A stretch of DNA of 64,000 nt from an uncultured cyanobacterium (GTDB taxonomy: Bacteria > Cyanobacteriota > Cyanobacteriia > Cyanobacteriales > Nostocaceae). The translations under genes and the position numbers were made by a program. The DNA lies in assembly GCA_963706595.1 (NCBI GenBank), contig OY970166.1, forward strand, positions 3,488,001-3,552,000, in the 5' to 3' direction. The notes under the pieces were generated by a model that ran no database searches, had not been told where the DNA came from, and saw only the letters and a list, made by a program, of their open reading frames with translations. Shown here one piece after another: positions 34,675 through 43,820 of the stretch. Position 1 is the first letter of the stretch. Each line of letters starts with the position of its first letter.

Positions 34675-34956
34675 GTGTCAGTCGAAACTATTGAAAAGCC
34701 TTCCACGTCCCGCAAGCTCGCGCCTCGGTATCGCGTTTTGCTCCATAATGACGACTACAATTCTATGGAGCATGTGGTGAAGTCATTAATAACCACAGTA
34801 CCGAGCCTAACTCAGCCCCAAGCCGTAAGCATTATGATGGAAGCTCATACTAACGGTCTGGCTTTAGTAATTACTTGCGCTCAAGAACACGCTGAGTTTT
34901 ATTGCGAAACATTACAAAGTCATGGTTTAAGTAGCACAATTGAACCTGAAGAATAA
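34675..34956 (+). CDS. clpS: ATP-dependent Clp protease adaptor ClpS
   Basis: YRVLLHNDDYN...IMMEAH...AEFYCE motifs. Confidence 0.95.
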   Translation: MSVETIEKPSTSRKLAPRYRVLLHNDDYNSMEHVVKSLITTVPSLTQPQAVSIMMEAHTNGLALVITCAQEHAEFYCETLQSHGLSSTIEPEE

Positions 34957-35043
34957 ATAAAAATATTGTCTAGCGAAGGAAGATCAGACAAAAATATTGC
35001 CTCTAATTTGTGACTGTGATTTTGTCCTCTTCCTCAATTCCGC

Positions 35044-35865
35044 ATGAAAATAAACCTCTTTCGTTTAGCCCAACGCCCTGTCCCCATCAGGCTGGGTTAT
35101 TTTATTGCAGCTTTATTACTGCTATGGCTCCCCGTTGCTGTCCCGATTTACTTATTCGTCAGTGATTCTAACTTAGTAAGTATCTTGACAATGGTGGTCT
35201 TATATGTGGAATTTATTTTTCTCTTGAAGCTATGGGGGAAAAATGTCTATCAGCAACCCCAAATATTTAAGCAGTATGGCTTAGAAATCACGCAGATAAA
35301 CGCTGTGGATTTGCTGAGTGGTTTAGCTACTGGGATAATTAGCATTCTCGTAGTGTTTGGACTACAAGGTTTCTGGGGTTGGCTGGTGTGGCAAGCACCG
35401 CAGGTTTTCTTGCCTAAAATAATTTTAGAGGGTTTACTTGTCTCTTTGGGTATCGGCTTTGCGGAAGAGTTGTTATTTCGAGGTTGGTTACTTGATGAAT
35501 TGGAACGAGATTATAGTCTAAATGTGGCACTTGGGATAAATGCTGTAGCCTTTGCCGTCTTACACTTTATTAAGCCTTTAGAAGCAATTATTCACACACT
35601 GCCACAATTTCCAGCTTTAGTATTGCTGGGTTTAACGCAGGTATGGGCAAAGCGCTGGCGTAGGGGACGTTTGGGTTTACCAATTGGTTTACATGGTGGT
35701 TTAGTTTGGGGCTATTACATCATTAATGTTGGGGGATTAGTTGAATATTCTGGTCAAGTTCCTGATTGGATAACTGGTGTAAATCAGAATCCTCTACAAG
35801 GAGTTATGGGGGTAGTGTTTATGAGTATATTGGCTTTGTGGATGCGGTGGCGAGCAATAGCTTAA
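35044..35865 (+). CDS. CPBP (Abi/CAAX) family intramembrane metalloprotease
   Basis: EELLFRG, FAVLH and GLHGG motifs. Confidence 0.88.
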   Translation: MKINLFRLAQRPVPIRLGYFIAALLLLWLPVAVPIYLFVSDSNLVSILTMVVLYVEFIFLLKLWGKNVYQQPQIFKQYGLEITQINAVDLLSGLATGIISILVVFGLQGFWGWLVWQAPQVFLPKIILEGLLVSLGIGFAEELLFRGWLLDELERDYSLNVALGINAVAFAVLHFIKPLEAIIHTLPQFPALVLLGLTQVWAKRWRRGRLGLPIGLHGGLVWGYYIINVGGLVEYSGQVPDWITGVNQNPLQGVMGVVFMSILALWMRWRAIA

Positions 35866-36008
35866 TATTGCTTTTCAGACGTTGATAACAGCATATTTGC
35901 TATGGCTTTTTTCATACTTCTGGCAAAAGTCGGTAAATTTTGATCTCACTTGCGGAATATTGTGTATTGAAGTTGTAGAACAATTTTGTAAGCATTTTAG
36001 ATCCAATT

Positions 36009-36737
36009 ATGAAGCTACAACTACTTGGCATATTAACTGTTTTATCTACATCTGCTTTTATTGGTATTAATCGACCTGTGAACGCTGCACCTAGTAGTTA
36101 TCAGCAAACCTGTAACAATATTGCAATTGCAGGTAATGTCTTATCAGCTAATTGCCGCAGAATCAATGGTAGCTTTAGGAGAAGTTCAATAGTTTTGCAG
36201 GGAATCGAAAACATTGATGGTAATCTCACAGTAACTAACCCTACGAGAGTGAGCAATTATCAGCAAAGTTGCAACAACATTCGTATTCAAGGGAATGTAT
36301 TGCAAGCTAATTGTAGAACCAGAAATGGTAGGCTTAATCGCACGTCTTTAGTCTTGAATGGCATTGAAAATATTGATGGTATTCTAAAGTATACATCAAC
36401 TCCCCTGCTTGACTCTCAAGTTAGTAGTTATCAGAAAACCTGTAACAATATTGCAATTGCAGGTAATGTCTTATCAGCTAATTGCCGCAGAATCAATGGT
36501 AGCTTTAGGAGAAGTTCAATAGTTTTGCAGGGAATTGAAAATATTGATGGTAATCTCAAAGTAACTAACCCTAATAGAGTGAGCAATTATCAGCAAAGTT
36601 GCAATAGCATAGGTGTTCGAGGGAATGTATTGCAAGCTAATTGTCGAACCAGAAATGGTAGGCTTAATCGCACGTCTTTAGTCTTGAATGGCATTGAAAA
36701 TATTAATGGTGTACTGCAATACACAAGTAATCCATAA
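36009..36737 (+). CDS. Secreted CVNH (cyanovirin-N homology) lectin with two tandem domains
   Basis: Signal peptide (..VNA|A); four ~50-aa repeats SxYQQxC...LxANC...L.GIENIDGxL. Confidence 0.82.
   Translation: MKLQLLGILTVLSTSAFIGINRPVNAAPSSYQQTCNNIAIAGNVLSANCRRINGSFRRSSIVLQGIENIDGNLTVTNPTRVSNYQQSCNNIRIQGNVLQANCRTRNGRLNRTSLVLNGIENIDGILKYTSTPLLDSQVSSYQKTCNNIAIAGNVLSANCRRINGSFRRSSIVLQGIENIDGNLKVTNPNRVSNYQQSCNSIGVRGNVLQANCRTRNGRLNRTSLVLNGIENINGVLQYTSNP
36092..36730 (+). repeat. Intragenic tandem duplication, 330-nt period
   Basis: Units starting at 36092 and 36422 are nearly identical at the DNA level. Confidence 0.9.
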
Positions 36738-36740
36738 TTA

Positions 36741-37376
36741 CTAAATTGTTGCAATTACTGTACCAATTAAGCAAGCTTTATCCAAATTTACACCGTTTAA
36801 ATTTGCTCCTTCTAACTCTGCACAGAGTAGATTTGCGCCGCTAAAGTTCGCCCCCGCCAGATTTGTCCCGCGTAAATCCGCTTCTTCTAAATTGGCTTCA
36901 CTTAACAAAGCCCCTTGCAAATCGGCGCGACTCAAGTCAGCACCTTTGAGATTTGCCCCTGTGAGGTTTGCGCCCCGCAAGTCAGCACTGCGTAAGTCAA
37001 CACCTTGTAAATTGACGTTCATCAAATTTGCACCACTTAAGAAAGCGCCAGCCAAAGATACATCGCTGAGTTTAGCCCCCATCAAGTTAGCGCCACGTAA
37101 ATTACTACCGCGCAAGTCAGCACTTGTTAAGTCTGCTTGCATTAAGTTCGCGCCCATTAGATTCGCCCGCAAGTCTGTTTTTTGCAGGTTTGCGCCCATC
37201 AAGTTCGCTCCCTCGAAATGCGCGCCTTCGAGTTTGGAACCGATGAAATTAGTGCCAACAAGGGTAGCGCCGGCAAGATTTATCCGGCTTAAATCGAGTT
37301 GAGAGAGTTCCTCATCTTCTAAATTTGCGCCGGAAAGTTGTTTGAGTTTTCCTGATTTAATGGCTTCAATATTCAT
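36741..37376 (-). CDS. Pentapeptide repeat protein
   Basis: A(N/D)LxG repeats throughout. Confidence 0.93.
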   Translation of the reverse strand: MNIEAIKSGKLKQLSGANLEDEELSQLDLSRINLAGATLVGTNFIGSKLEGAHFEGANLMGANLQKTDLRANLMGANLMQADLTSADLRGSNLRGANLMGAKLSDVSLAGAFLSGANLMNVNLQGVDLRSADLRGANLTGANLKGADLSRADLQGALLSEANLEEADLRGTNLAGANFSGANLLCAELEGANLNGVNLDKACLIGTVIATI

Positions 37377-38770
37377 TTCAAGTAATTACTAATCTCCTCA
37401 CTTGTCTTGCTGTAGCTGTCCCACTGAGAGTCAAGTAGCCATACGCCGGTGCTGACTTTAGGTGACATCAGAGGTAAGTCTAGCCCTTGTTGTAAACCCA
37501 TAACTAATAAAGCTAGAGCATCTACAAGTTTAGGGTCAAAGCGGGTTGATTGTTGTTCTCTGCATTCGTCTAAAGCTTGAGCAAATATTTCGGCGCGGGT
37601 TTTCTGGGATGTTTTGATGCTGTTAACTCGCCATTGGAAATCAGCAACTAAGTCCAAAATTCTCGATTCTAAGGGAATTTCATCCCCAGCTAAACTTGCT
37701 GGTTCTCCTGTACCGTTCCACCATTCGCTTTGGTGGGTGATAATTTGGGCAATTGCCCGCAGTCTGGGCATGGTTCGTAATACCTGCGCTCCTGGGACTA
37801 GGGGACAAGTTAAGGGACAACTGGGGGCTTGTTCTTGGTAGCGGGTGGATGTACCGGGAGTCAGAAGGCTTTCGGCTTTTTGGAGTGGGTCTATACGATG
37901 TAAAAAACCTGCTAGTCGCAATCGCTTAATCTGCCATGCGGGTAGTTCTAAAAGCTGCCCCATCATCTCAGAAAGTGCTACTACTTCCGTCGCCGCCATG
38001 GGATTGTTGACATCGGCCATATCCATTAATTGCGCCATCCGCAAAAATGCCTGGATTTCGTTAGAAACCAAGTTGCGATCTAATGCTTGTTGACGCAGCA
38101 CTGTGGGGATAGATAAGTTATTCTGCCCTGTCTGGAGGTAATCGACGACGCGGGAAACAACTGCACTTAAATGTTCTGGTGCGGCTATACTTGACTTGAT
38201 CGCATTTTTATGATTTGTAAGTTTTTGTGCTAAGTCTGGATTGTATTTTTCGATGTGAGCGATCGCTAACTTTGCTGTTTCTTGGACTAACTCTGGTTCA
38301 AATGTCCATAAGCCATAAAATTTACGCTCTACATCTGAAGCTGGTATTCCACCTGCACCATAATCAGCCTCTGATAACTCTTGACAAAGTACCATTGCTG
38401 TGTATTCTGGCGACAAGATAATTAAGTGCCACTCCTGCGCCACTGGGTCATCTGAATTTAATGCCACTAAATCCACGTTAGGGAGTTGGCTCGTGGGATG
38501 TTCTGCAAAGCTAGCATCCGATGCTGCCATGATCACAATTTCGCGGCTACACTTAGCGATATCTGCATATCTTTCGGCTTCTTGCAGATACCATTTACCC
38601 TGTTGAAAGGCTGTGATGACTAAGGGTGTACTCTCTTCAGTTAAAATATGGTCTTCTAGAGCATGGCACAGAGAAACTAAAGTATTTTTGTAATAAACCC
38701 CAAATCTAATTGCTCTAGTCGTATTGCGGTGTGCTGTTTCCAGCTTTTGTAGTATTGAACCTTCTAACAT
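37373..38770 (-). CDS. DICT sensory domain plus degenerate HD-GYP-like domain protein
   Basis: YYKNTLVSLCHALED, FQQGKWY and EWHLII (DICT-like); IPLESRI and RFDPKLV (HD-GYP-like). Start at MLEGSIL; the upstream extension is STRR. Confidence 0.8.
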   Translation of the reverse strand: MLEGSILQKLETAHRNTTRAIRFGVYYKNTLVSLCHALEDHILTEESTPLVITAFQQGKWYLQEAERYADIAKCSREIVIMAASDASFAEHPTSQLPNVDLVALNSDDPVAQEWHLIILSPEYTAMVLCQELSEADYGAGGIPASDVERKFYGLWTFEPELVQETAKLAIAHIEKYNPDLAQKLTNHKNAIKSSIAAPEHLSAVVSRVVDYLQTGQNNLSIPTVLRQQALDRNLVSNEIQAFLRMAQLMDMADVNNPMAATEVVALSEMMGQLLELPAWQIKRLRLAGFLHRIDPLQKAESLLTPGTSTRYQEQAPSCPLTCPLVPGAQVLRTMPRLRAIAQIITHQSEWWNGTGEPASLAGDEIPLESRILDLVADFQWRVNSIKTSQKTRAEIFAQALDECREQQSTRFDPKLVDALALLVMGLQQGLDLPLMSPKVSTGVWLLDSQWDSYSKTSEEISNYLK

Positions 38771-38776
38771 AGGCTT

Positions 38777-38824
38777 TCGTAATTCGTAATTCGTAATTCG
38801 TAATTCGTAGTTCGTAATTCGTAA
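38777..38824. repeat. STRR (TTCGTAA)n
   Basis: About 7 tandem heptamers. Confidence 0.85.
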
Positions 38825-38886
38825 ATTGTTAAGGATGAGAGAATAGACATCTGGTGAAAATAAAATATGCGTTATCACCGAACCGT

Positions 38887-38916
38887 TGTAGAGACGTTCC
38901 ATGGAACGTCTCTACA
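38887..38916. repeat. GTAG-type REP, perfect 30-nt palindrome
   Basis: tgtagagacgttccatggaacgtctctaca. Confidence 0.8.
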
Positions 38917-39018
38917 TTCTTTGTCGGAGAAGAGGGATATAGGAGATGATTGTAACTAGCCCAAAAATTTCCCCCTGCTCCCTGCTCCCTGCTCCCCTGC
39001 TTCTTCTCTCCCTTTTGC

Positions 39019-40611
39019 TTATGATATGCCAGCCAACTGTTTATCTTTCTTTTCCATTGGTGCAGAAAGTGCCGCTTCTAATTCGGCACAACCCAATTTT
39101 TCTTCTAAGATTTTCATCACTTCCCGTCCGAAGTCATTGGGGTTTTGTTGCCAAGCTTGCAAGCAGACTTCTCCAAAGAAGGAACCAAGGGGTTCAGGAT
39201 TCCAAAGGAGTTTTTTAGCTGTCCACGGCATCAAGCTCATGGGGTCATACCCTGGTTTTAGGATACCTTCTTTCAAGGCATATTCTTCTAAATGGGTATG
39301 GGGTTGTAGTCCAATAAAGAAAATGGCAGGTTCCACTTTATCAGCGCCAAAAATCTTTTCTAGTTCGCGGTGGTAGGCGATGGTTTGGCGAATGGTTTCG
39401 GGACGTTCGTCAATAACGTTAAAGGAGTAGTTAACGGAAACCACATCGTTAAAACCAGCAGCTTTTAAATCACGGCAGTTTTGCAACACGGTGCGTAAGT
39501 TGTAACCCATCCGCATTTTCCGCACGAGTTCCTGAGAACCACTGGTAATGCCGATTTCAAAGTAGTTCATCCCGGTTTTAGCCATCAAATCACACAACTC
39601 TGGTGTGAGGTTGTCGGCTCTGATGTATGCTGCCCAGTTGATATCTGTCATCCCAGAATCGACGATTTTCTGTAAGAGTTCTACAGCATCGTCAATAAAT
39701 TTACGGGCGGGAATAAATTGAGCATCAGTAAACCAGAAATTGCGAATGCCGCGATCGTATAATTGGCGCATCTCGGCTACTACTTCGTCTGCTGGGTTAA
39801 TGCGTACTTGTTTGCCTTCAACGACGGTGTAGACGCAATAACAACAGTTGTGGGGACAACCGCGCTTGGTTTGTACGCCGATATAAAAGTCTTGTTCTTG
39901 CAGGTAAAAGTTGAATTCCGGCCAGATGGTTTCTATATAGTCGTAGTTACAGGCGGTTTTTTCTAGAGGGGTGGGTTGTTCATGAATCATTCGTTGCCGT
40001 GGTTGAGTTTCTCCGACTACATAGCAACGTTCATCTTGAATGTCTCTGCCACTTAGCAGTTTTTCTAGGAGTGTTTCGCCTTCACCGACAGAAATAATTG
40101 TACCTTGGGGTAAAGTTTTACCCAATTGTTCGTAAAATACGCTGACTGCACCACCACCTAAAATGGCACGGGCATCGGCATGATATTTCTGGGCGCGTCG
40201 TAAACCGCGTTTGACTAATCCTTGGTTGCGCCACAATTCTACATAATAAGCCATAAAAATTCGCAACCCGCCAAATGCGCCGCGTAACTTAATCAGGGGA
40301 TTCTTGGCGTAATAAAATTCAAAGGCGTTTTGTAATGGATTTCCACCACGTCCACCGACTGGGGCATAAATTTGAATATCGCGCCAAGAAAATACTAGGA
40401 GTGTGGGTTTAAATTCATCGATACAGGTATCTAGGGCAGAGGCGTAATCTAAAGGTGGTACTGTTCCCAAATCAAATATCCTCTGTGCTATGCCGGGAAA
40501 TTGCTTGTGGACGTGATCGGAAAGATATACTACCCCAATGGGAAAGATGGGGTTACATGGAAGGCGAACGTAAAGGATGCGATTTTCCATCATGGATTGT
40601 TGAATTTCCAT
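39019..40611 (-). CDS. Radical SAM protein, photosystem II high-light acclimation (Slr0320-like) family
   Basis: RILYVRLPCNPIFPIG N-terminus; CPHNCCYC motif. Confidence 0.8.
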   Translation of the reverse strand: MEIQQSMMENRILYVRLPCNPIFPIGVVYLSDHVHKQFPGIAQRIFDLGTVPPLDYASALDTCIDEFKPTLLVFSWRDIQIYAPVGGRGGNPLQNAFEFYYAKNPLIKLRGAFGGLRIFMAYYVELWRNQGLVKRGLRRAQKYHADARAILGGGAVSVFYEQLGKTLPQGTIISVGEGETLLEKLLSGRDIQDERCYVVGETQPRQRMIHEQPTPLEKTACNYDYIETIWPEFNFYLQEQDFYIGVQTKRGCPHNCCYCVYTVVEGKQVRINPADEVVAEMRQLYDRGIRNFWFTDAQFIPARKFIDDAVELLQKIVDSGMTDINWAAYIRADNLTPELCDLMAKTGMNYFEIGITSGSQELVRKMRMGYNLRTVLQNCRDLKAAGFNDVVSVNYSFNVIDERPETIRQTIAYHRELEKIFGADKVEPAIFFIGLQPHTHLEEYALKEGILKPGYDPMSLMPWTAKKLLWNPEPLGSFFGEVCLQAWQQNPNDFGREVMKILEEKLGCAELEAALSAPMEKKDKQLAGIS

Positions 40612-41192
40612 CTTGCAGTTATTTATGAAATATATAGAGAGATGTGATGCAGTTTAAAGCTGTTTGTTTTAGTGTGCTGTGTTTTTCACAGCGATGATTG
40701 GCATTTCAGCCAATTCCTGGATGAGGTTAGGCTGTGTTAACAATTGTGGGAATAGTTGAATTGGCTCTGCATCAGATGAAATAGAGAGATTTTATGAGAA
40801 GAATTGTTATATATCTTTACCATAACATTGACTCTGACTATTCAGCTATGATTTCTAGCTCTAAGTCTGAGGATAGATGTCACAAACAAACCTGCCTTTA
40901 CAGTTGAGGAGGTGTGAGGAGATAAATGCTAAATTTCACCTGATAGGAGTGACATCTGATGCTTTTATTCTGGAATAAAAATCTTAAATTTGCAGCCGAC
41001 TTACTGATATTATTTTTGCTGTATCCACTTTTTGGTGAAATTTTCATAACTTGAACATAGATTTAACATATATTTAGATAGATATAGCGTAGAAATTTTC
41101 AGTTGGTAGTCGGAGTTACAGCATCTGGGGATCAAGCGATGTTAGTTTAGCTGGTGTAATGTAAAATTGTGGCGTAAAGCTCCTCCGCAGTT

Positions 41193-41585
41193 ATGGCTCA
41201 AATATTAGATCCTCTACCACCGGAGCAATCTGGGAATCTCCTTTGTTGTTACGTTAATGCTACGAGCAAAATCCAGATAGCTCGCATCTGCAATATTGCT
41301 AACTGGTACTTTGAAAGAGTTGTGTTTCCAGGACAGCGCTTGGTGTTTGAAGCTCCACTAGCAGCGCAAATGGAAATTCATACGGGGATGATGGCCAGTG
41401 CAATTTTGTCTGATACAATTGCGTGCGATCGCCTTGCAATTAACGAGCCTAGCAGTAGTGAGTTTCATACAGACTCAATAGGCATCGACACGATCAGTAC
41501 CAAACCAATGGTGCAGTCCATTAATACAAAAATTGACAATACAACAAAACCTTTAACAATTGCTGGGTTTGGATCAATTGATTAA
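41193..41585 (+). CDS. DUF1830 domain protein
   Basis: CCYVNATSKIQIARI...YFERVVFPGQRLVFEAP. Confidence 0.8.
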   Translation: MAQILDPLPPEQSGNLLCCYVNATSKIQIARICNIANWYFERVVFPGQRLVFEAPLAAQMEIHTGMMASAILSDTIACDRLAINEPSSSEFHTDSIGIDTISTKPMVQSINTKIDNTTKPLTIAGFGSID

Positions 41586-41608
41586 AAAAAACAATTTTAG
41601 ATAATTTC

Positions 41609-41640
41609 AGGGTTGCGAAATTCAGCAACCCTTTTTATTT
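41609..41640 (+). terminator. Rho-independent terminator
   Basis: agggttgc-loop-gcaaccct followed by a T run. Confidence 0.7.
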
Positions 41641-41726
41641 GGTCATTTGTTATTAGTCATTAGTCATTAGTCATTAGTCAAGGGTCAACCGCCCATATTT
41701 TCTCGTTCTGGTTTACAATCAATTTT

Positions 41727-42188
41727 ATGAATTTGCCTTCTTTCATTTGGTTGTGGAAAATAGCCGCGTGGTCAATGGGGTTGTCGCTATTGGCTTATTT
41801 GCTGCTAGCAGTTACGGGTGTTTGGATGTTTCGGGAGCGAAGTTCGCCGCATTTCCCTAGTTTTCCGTGGTTGATTGGCGGACGTAGGGAGGTGCGATCG
41901 CTGCACTATACAATTGGCATCACTATGGTCTGTTTAGTGTTGCTACTGCTGGCCGTTGGCATTGTTGGCACTTTCGGACACTTTGGTTCCTTGGGACACT
42001 CATCACACTTGGTTGCTGGGTTAATAGTAGTAGTATTGGTTTTGCTTTCTGCTTTCAGCGCTACACAAATTAGCACTCGGCGTTATTGGGCTAGACCTTT
42101 GCATATTGGCGTGAATATGATTTTATTTGGGGGTTTTACTTGGGTATCCCTAACTGGTTGGATTGTAGTACAAAAGTATTTACCTTAG
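41727..42188 (+). CDS. DUF4079-type membrane protein
   Basis: Four TM segments with conserved His residues (LHY, SHL, LHI); C-terminal VQKYLP. Confidence 0.72.
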   Translation: MNLPSFIWLWKIAAWSMGLSLLAYLLLAVTGVWMFRERSSPHFPSFPWLIGGRREVRSLHYTIGITMVCLVLLLLAVGIVGTFGHFGSLGHSSHLVAGLIVVVLVLLSAFSATQISTRRYWARPLHIGVNMILFGGFTWVSLTGWIVVQKYLP

Positions 42189-42252
42189 AAAATACCCAAA
42201 GATAAATTAAACCAATATTGATCTGATGATTTAAGTAGGCTAGAGCAAAAAG

Positions 42253-42358
42253 TATAGCGGTTATCAGTTAAGTGAGATACAAGAACCCCACCCCCAACCC
42301 CCTCCCCGCAAGCGAGGAGGGGGCTATGATGTACTTCATTGAAGTGGATACCGCTATA
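42253..42358. mobile_element. MITE-like element (106 bp)
   Basis: Terminal inverted repeats TATAGCGGT...ACCGCTATA; internal hairpin ccccctccccgcaagcgaggaggggg. Confidence 0.7.
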
Positions 42359-43009
42359 AATATATATACTTCTTGTTCAGGATATTTTTTGGTGTTTGTC
42401 AATATTTTGAATCGTTTCTGGAATTACTGACATATTATCTGTATTTAAAATTGTAGTTGATTTCCAAGCTAAGTCTGATGTCTAACAAACAACCTAATTC
42501 CAACCAACCATCTCCAAAAAAAATCACTGAAACCACAAAAAATGATAAAAAGCGACCTTTGAACAACGGTAGACCCGATAAAACCGATCACTAGGTTGAA
42601 TTAAAAAATTAATCAAGATATATTTTTACTATAGAGATGTGATTACCACGTCTCTATATTTGTTTTGGTTATATTAAGACTAAAACTATAATTTCTCCAT
42701 GACATCTGCGATTTGTTATTTGATGATTTGGCATCAAGGCTCGTATAAACAATTACAAGCTTATAGTAAAAATCAAATCCAAACTTAATTCTTGTCAAGA
42801 ATAACTTGCAGCTAGCAAAGAATTTCCCAGGCTAGGTTCCTAAAAATACTATTGGTAGCTTGCAATTACAGGTATTTATAATATACTGTTATATATGTTA
42901 CTTTTGGTAAAAGAATTCACTACGGTAGAGACATCAAACTACTGAGATTAGATAATTAATTCCAAAATGTTAATTGATACAACCAGAAACATAGCTTTTT
43001 GTAATATCA

Positions 43010-43761
43010 ATGTATACCAGTGAATCAATCAAGTACTCTACCAGAGCCGAAATCGGACAAACGAGCCGGATTCTAGTGGTAGAAGATGAAGAATTAATCC
43101 AAGAAATGCTAGCTCTAGCATTAGAAGAAGAAGGTTTTGGCGTGATAACTGCCCCTGATGGGCGGTCTGCTATAGAATATCTCAAAAGTTGTGAACCCAA
43201 CTCTGGTGAACCTGCTTTTGATTTAATAATTCTGGATTTGATGCTACCTCATATTAATGGGCTAGATATCTGCCGCTTGCTGCGCCATCAAGGCAACCCA
43301 GTCCCAATTTTGATTCTCAGTGCAAAAGGTAGTGAAACTGACCGCGTTTTAGGGTTAGAAGTAGGAGCAGATGATTATCTGACTAAACCCTTTAGCATGA
43401 GGGAGTTAGTAGCTCGTTGTCGCGCTTTACTCCGTCGCCAACGCTTAAGTAGTTTGCCACAACTACAAGTCCTAAAACATAAGAATGTCACTTTAAATCC
43501 CCAAGAGTGCCGTGTGCTGGTTCGAGACCAAGAAGTGAATTTGTCTCCAAAAGAGTTTCGCTTGCTGGAACTGTTTATGAGTTATGCTCGTCGGGTCTGG
43601 TCTCGTGAGCAATTGTTAGATCAGGTTTGGGTCCAGAATTTGTTGGTGACAGTAAAACTGTAGATGTTCATATCCGTTGGTTACGCGAAAAACTAGAGGA
43701 AGATCCTAGTCATCCCGAATATATTGTGACTGTCAGAGGTTTTGGCTATCGGTTTGGATAA
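43010..43761 (+). CDS. sphR: OmpR/PhoB-family response regulator SphR (apparent -1 frameshift at about 43630)
   Basis: Receiver domain plus winged helix; the C-terminus [18 protein letters not shown]...[10 protein letters not shown] continues in the shifted frame; upstream of a kinase and phoU. Confidence 0.85.
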
Positions 43762-43820
43762 TCTAGGCAAATAGTTGTTAGTTTTTAATAATCATACAGC
43801 AACTAGCAACTCAAATTCTC

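Noticed and set aside
35044..35865. 'Abi' protein as an abortive-infection defence system
   Set aside because: It is a CPBP intramembrane protease in a housekeeping context next to clpS; the Abi name is historical.
38771..38902. N-terminal extension (LRITNYE)n of the DICT protein
   Set aside because: Derived from STRR and REP sequence; the likely start is MLEGSIL at 38770.
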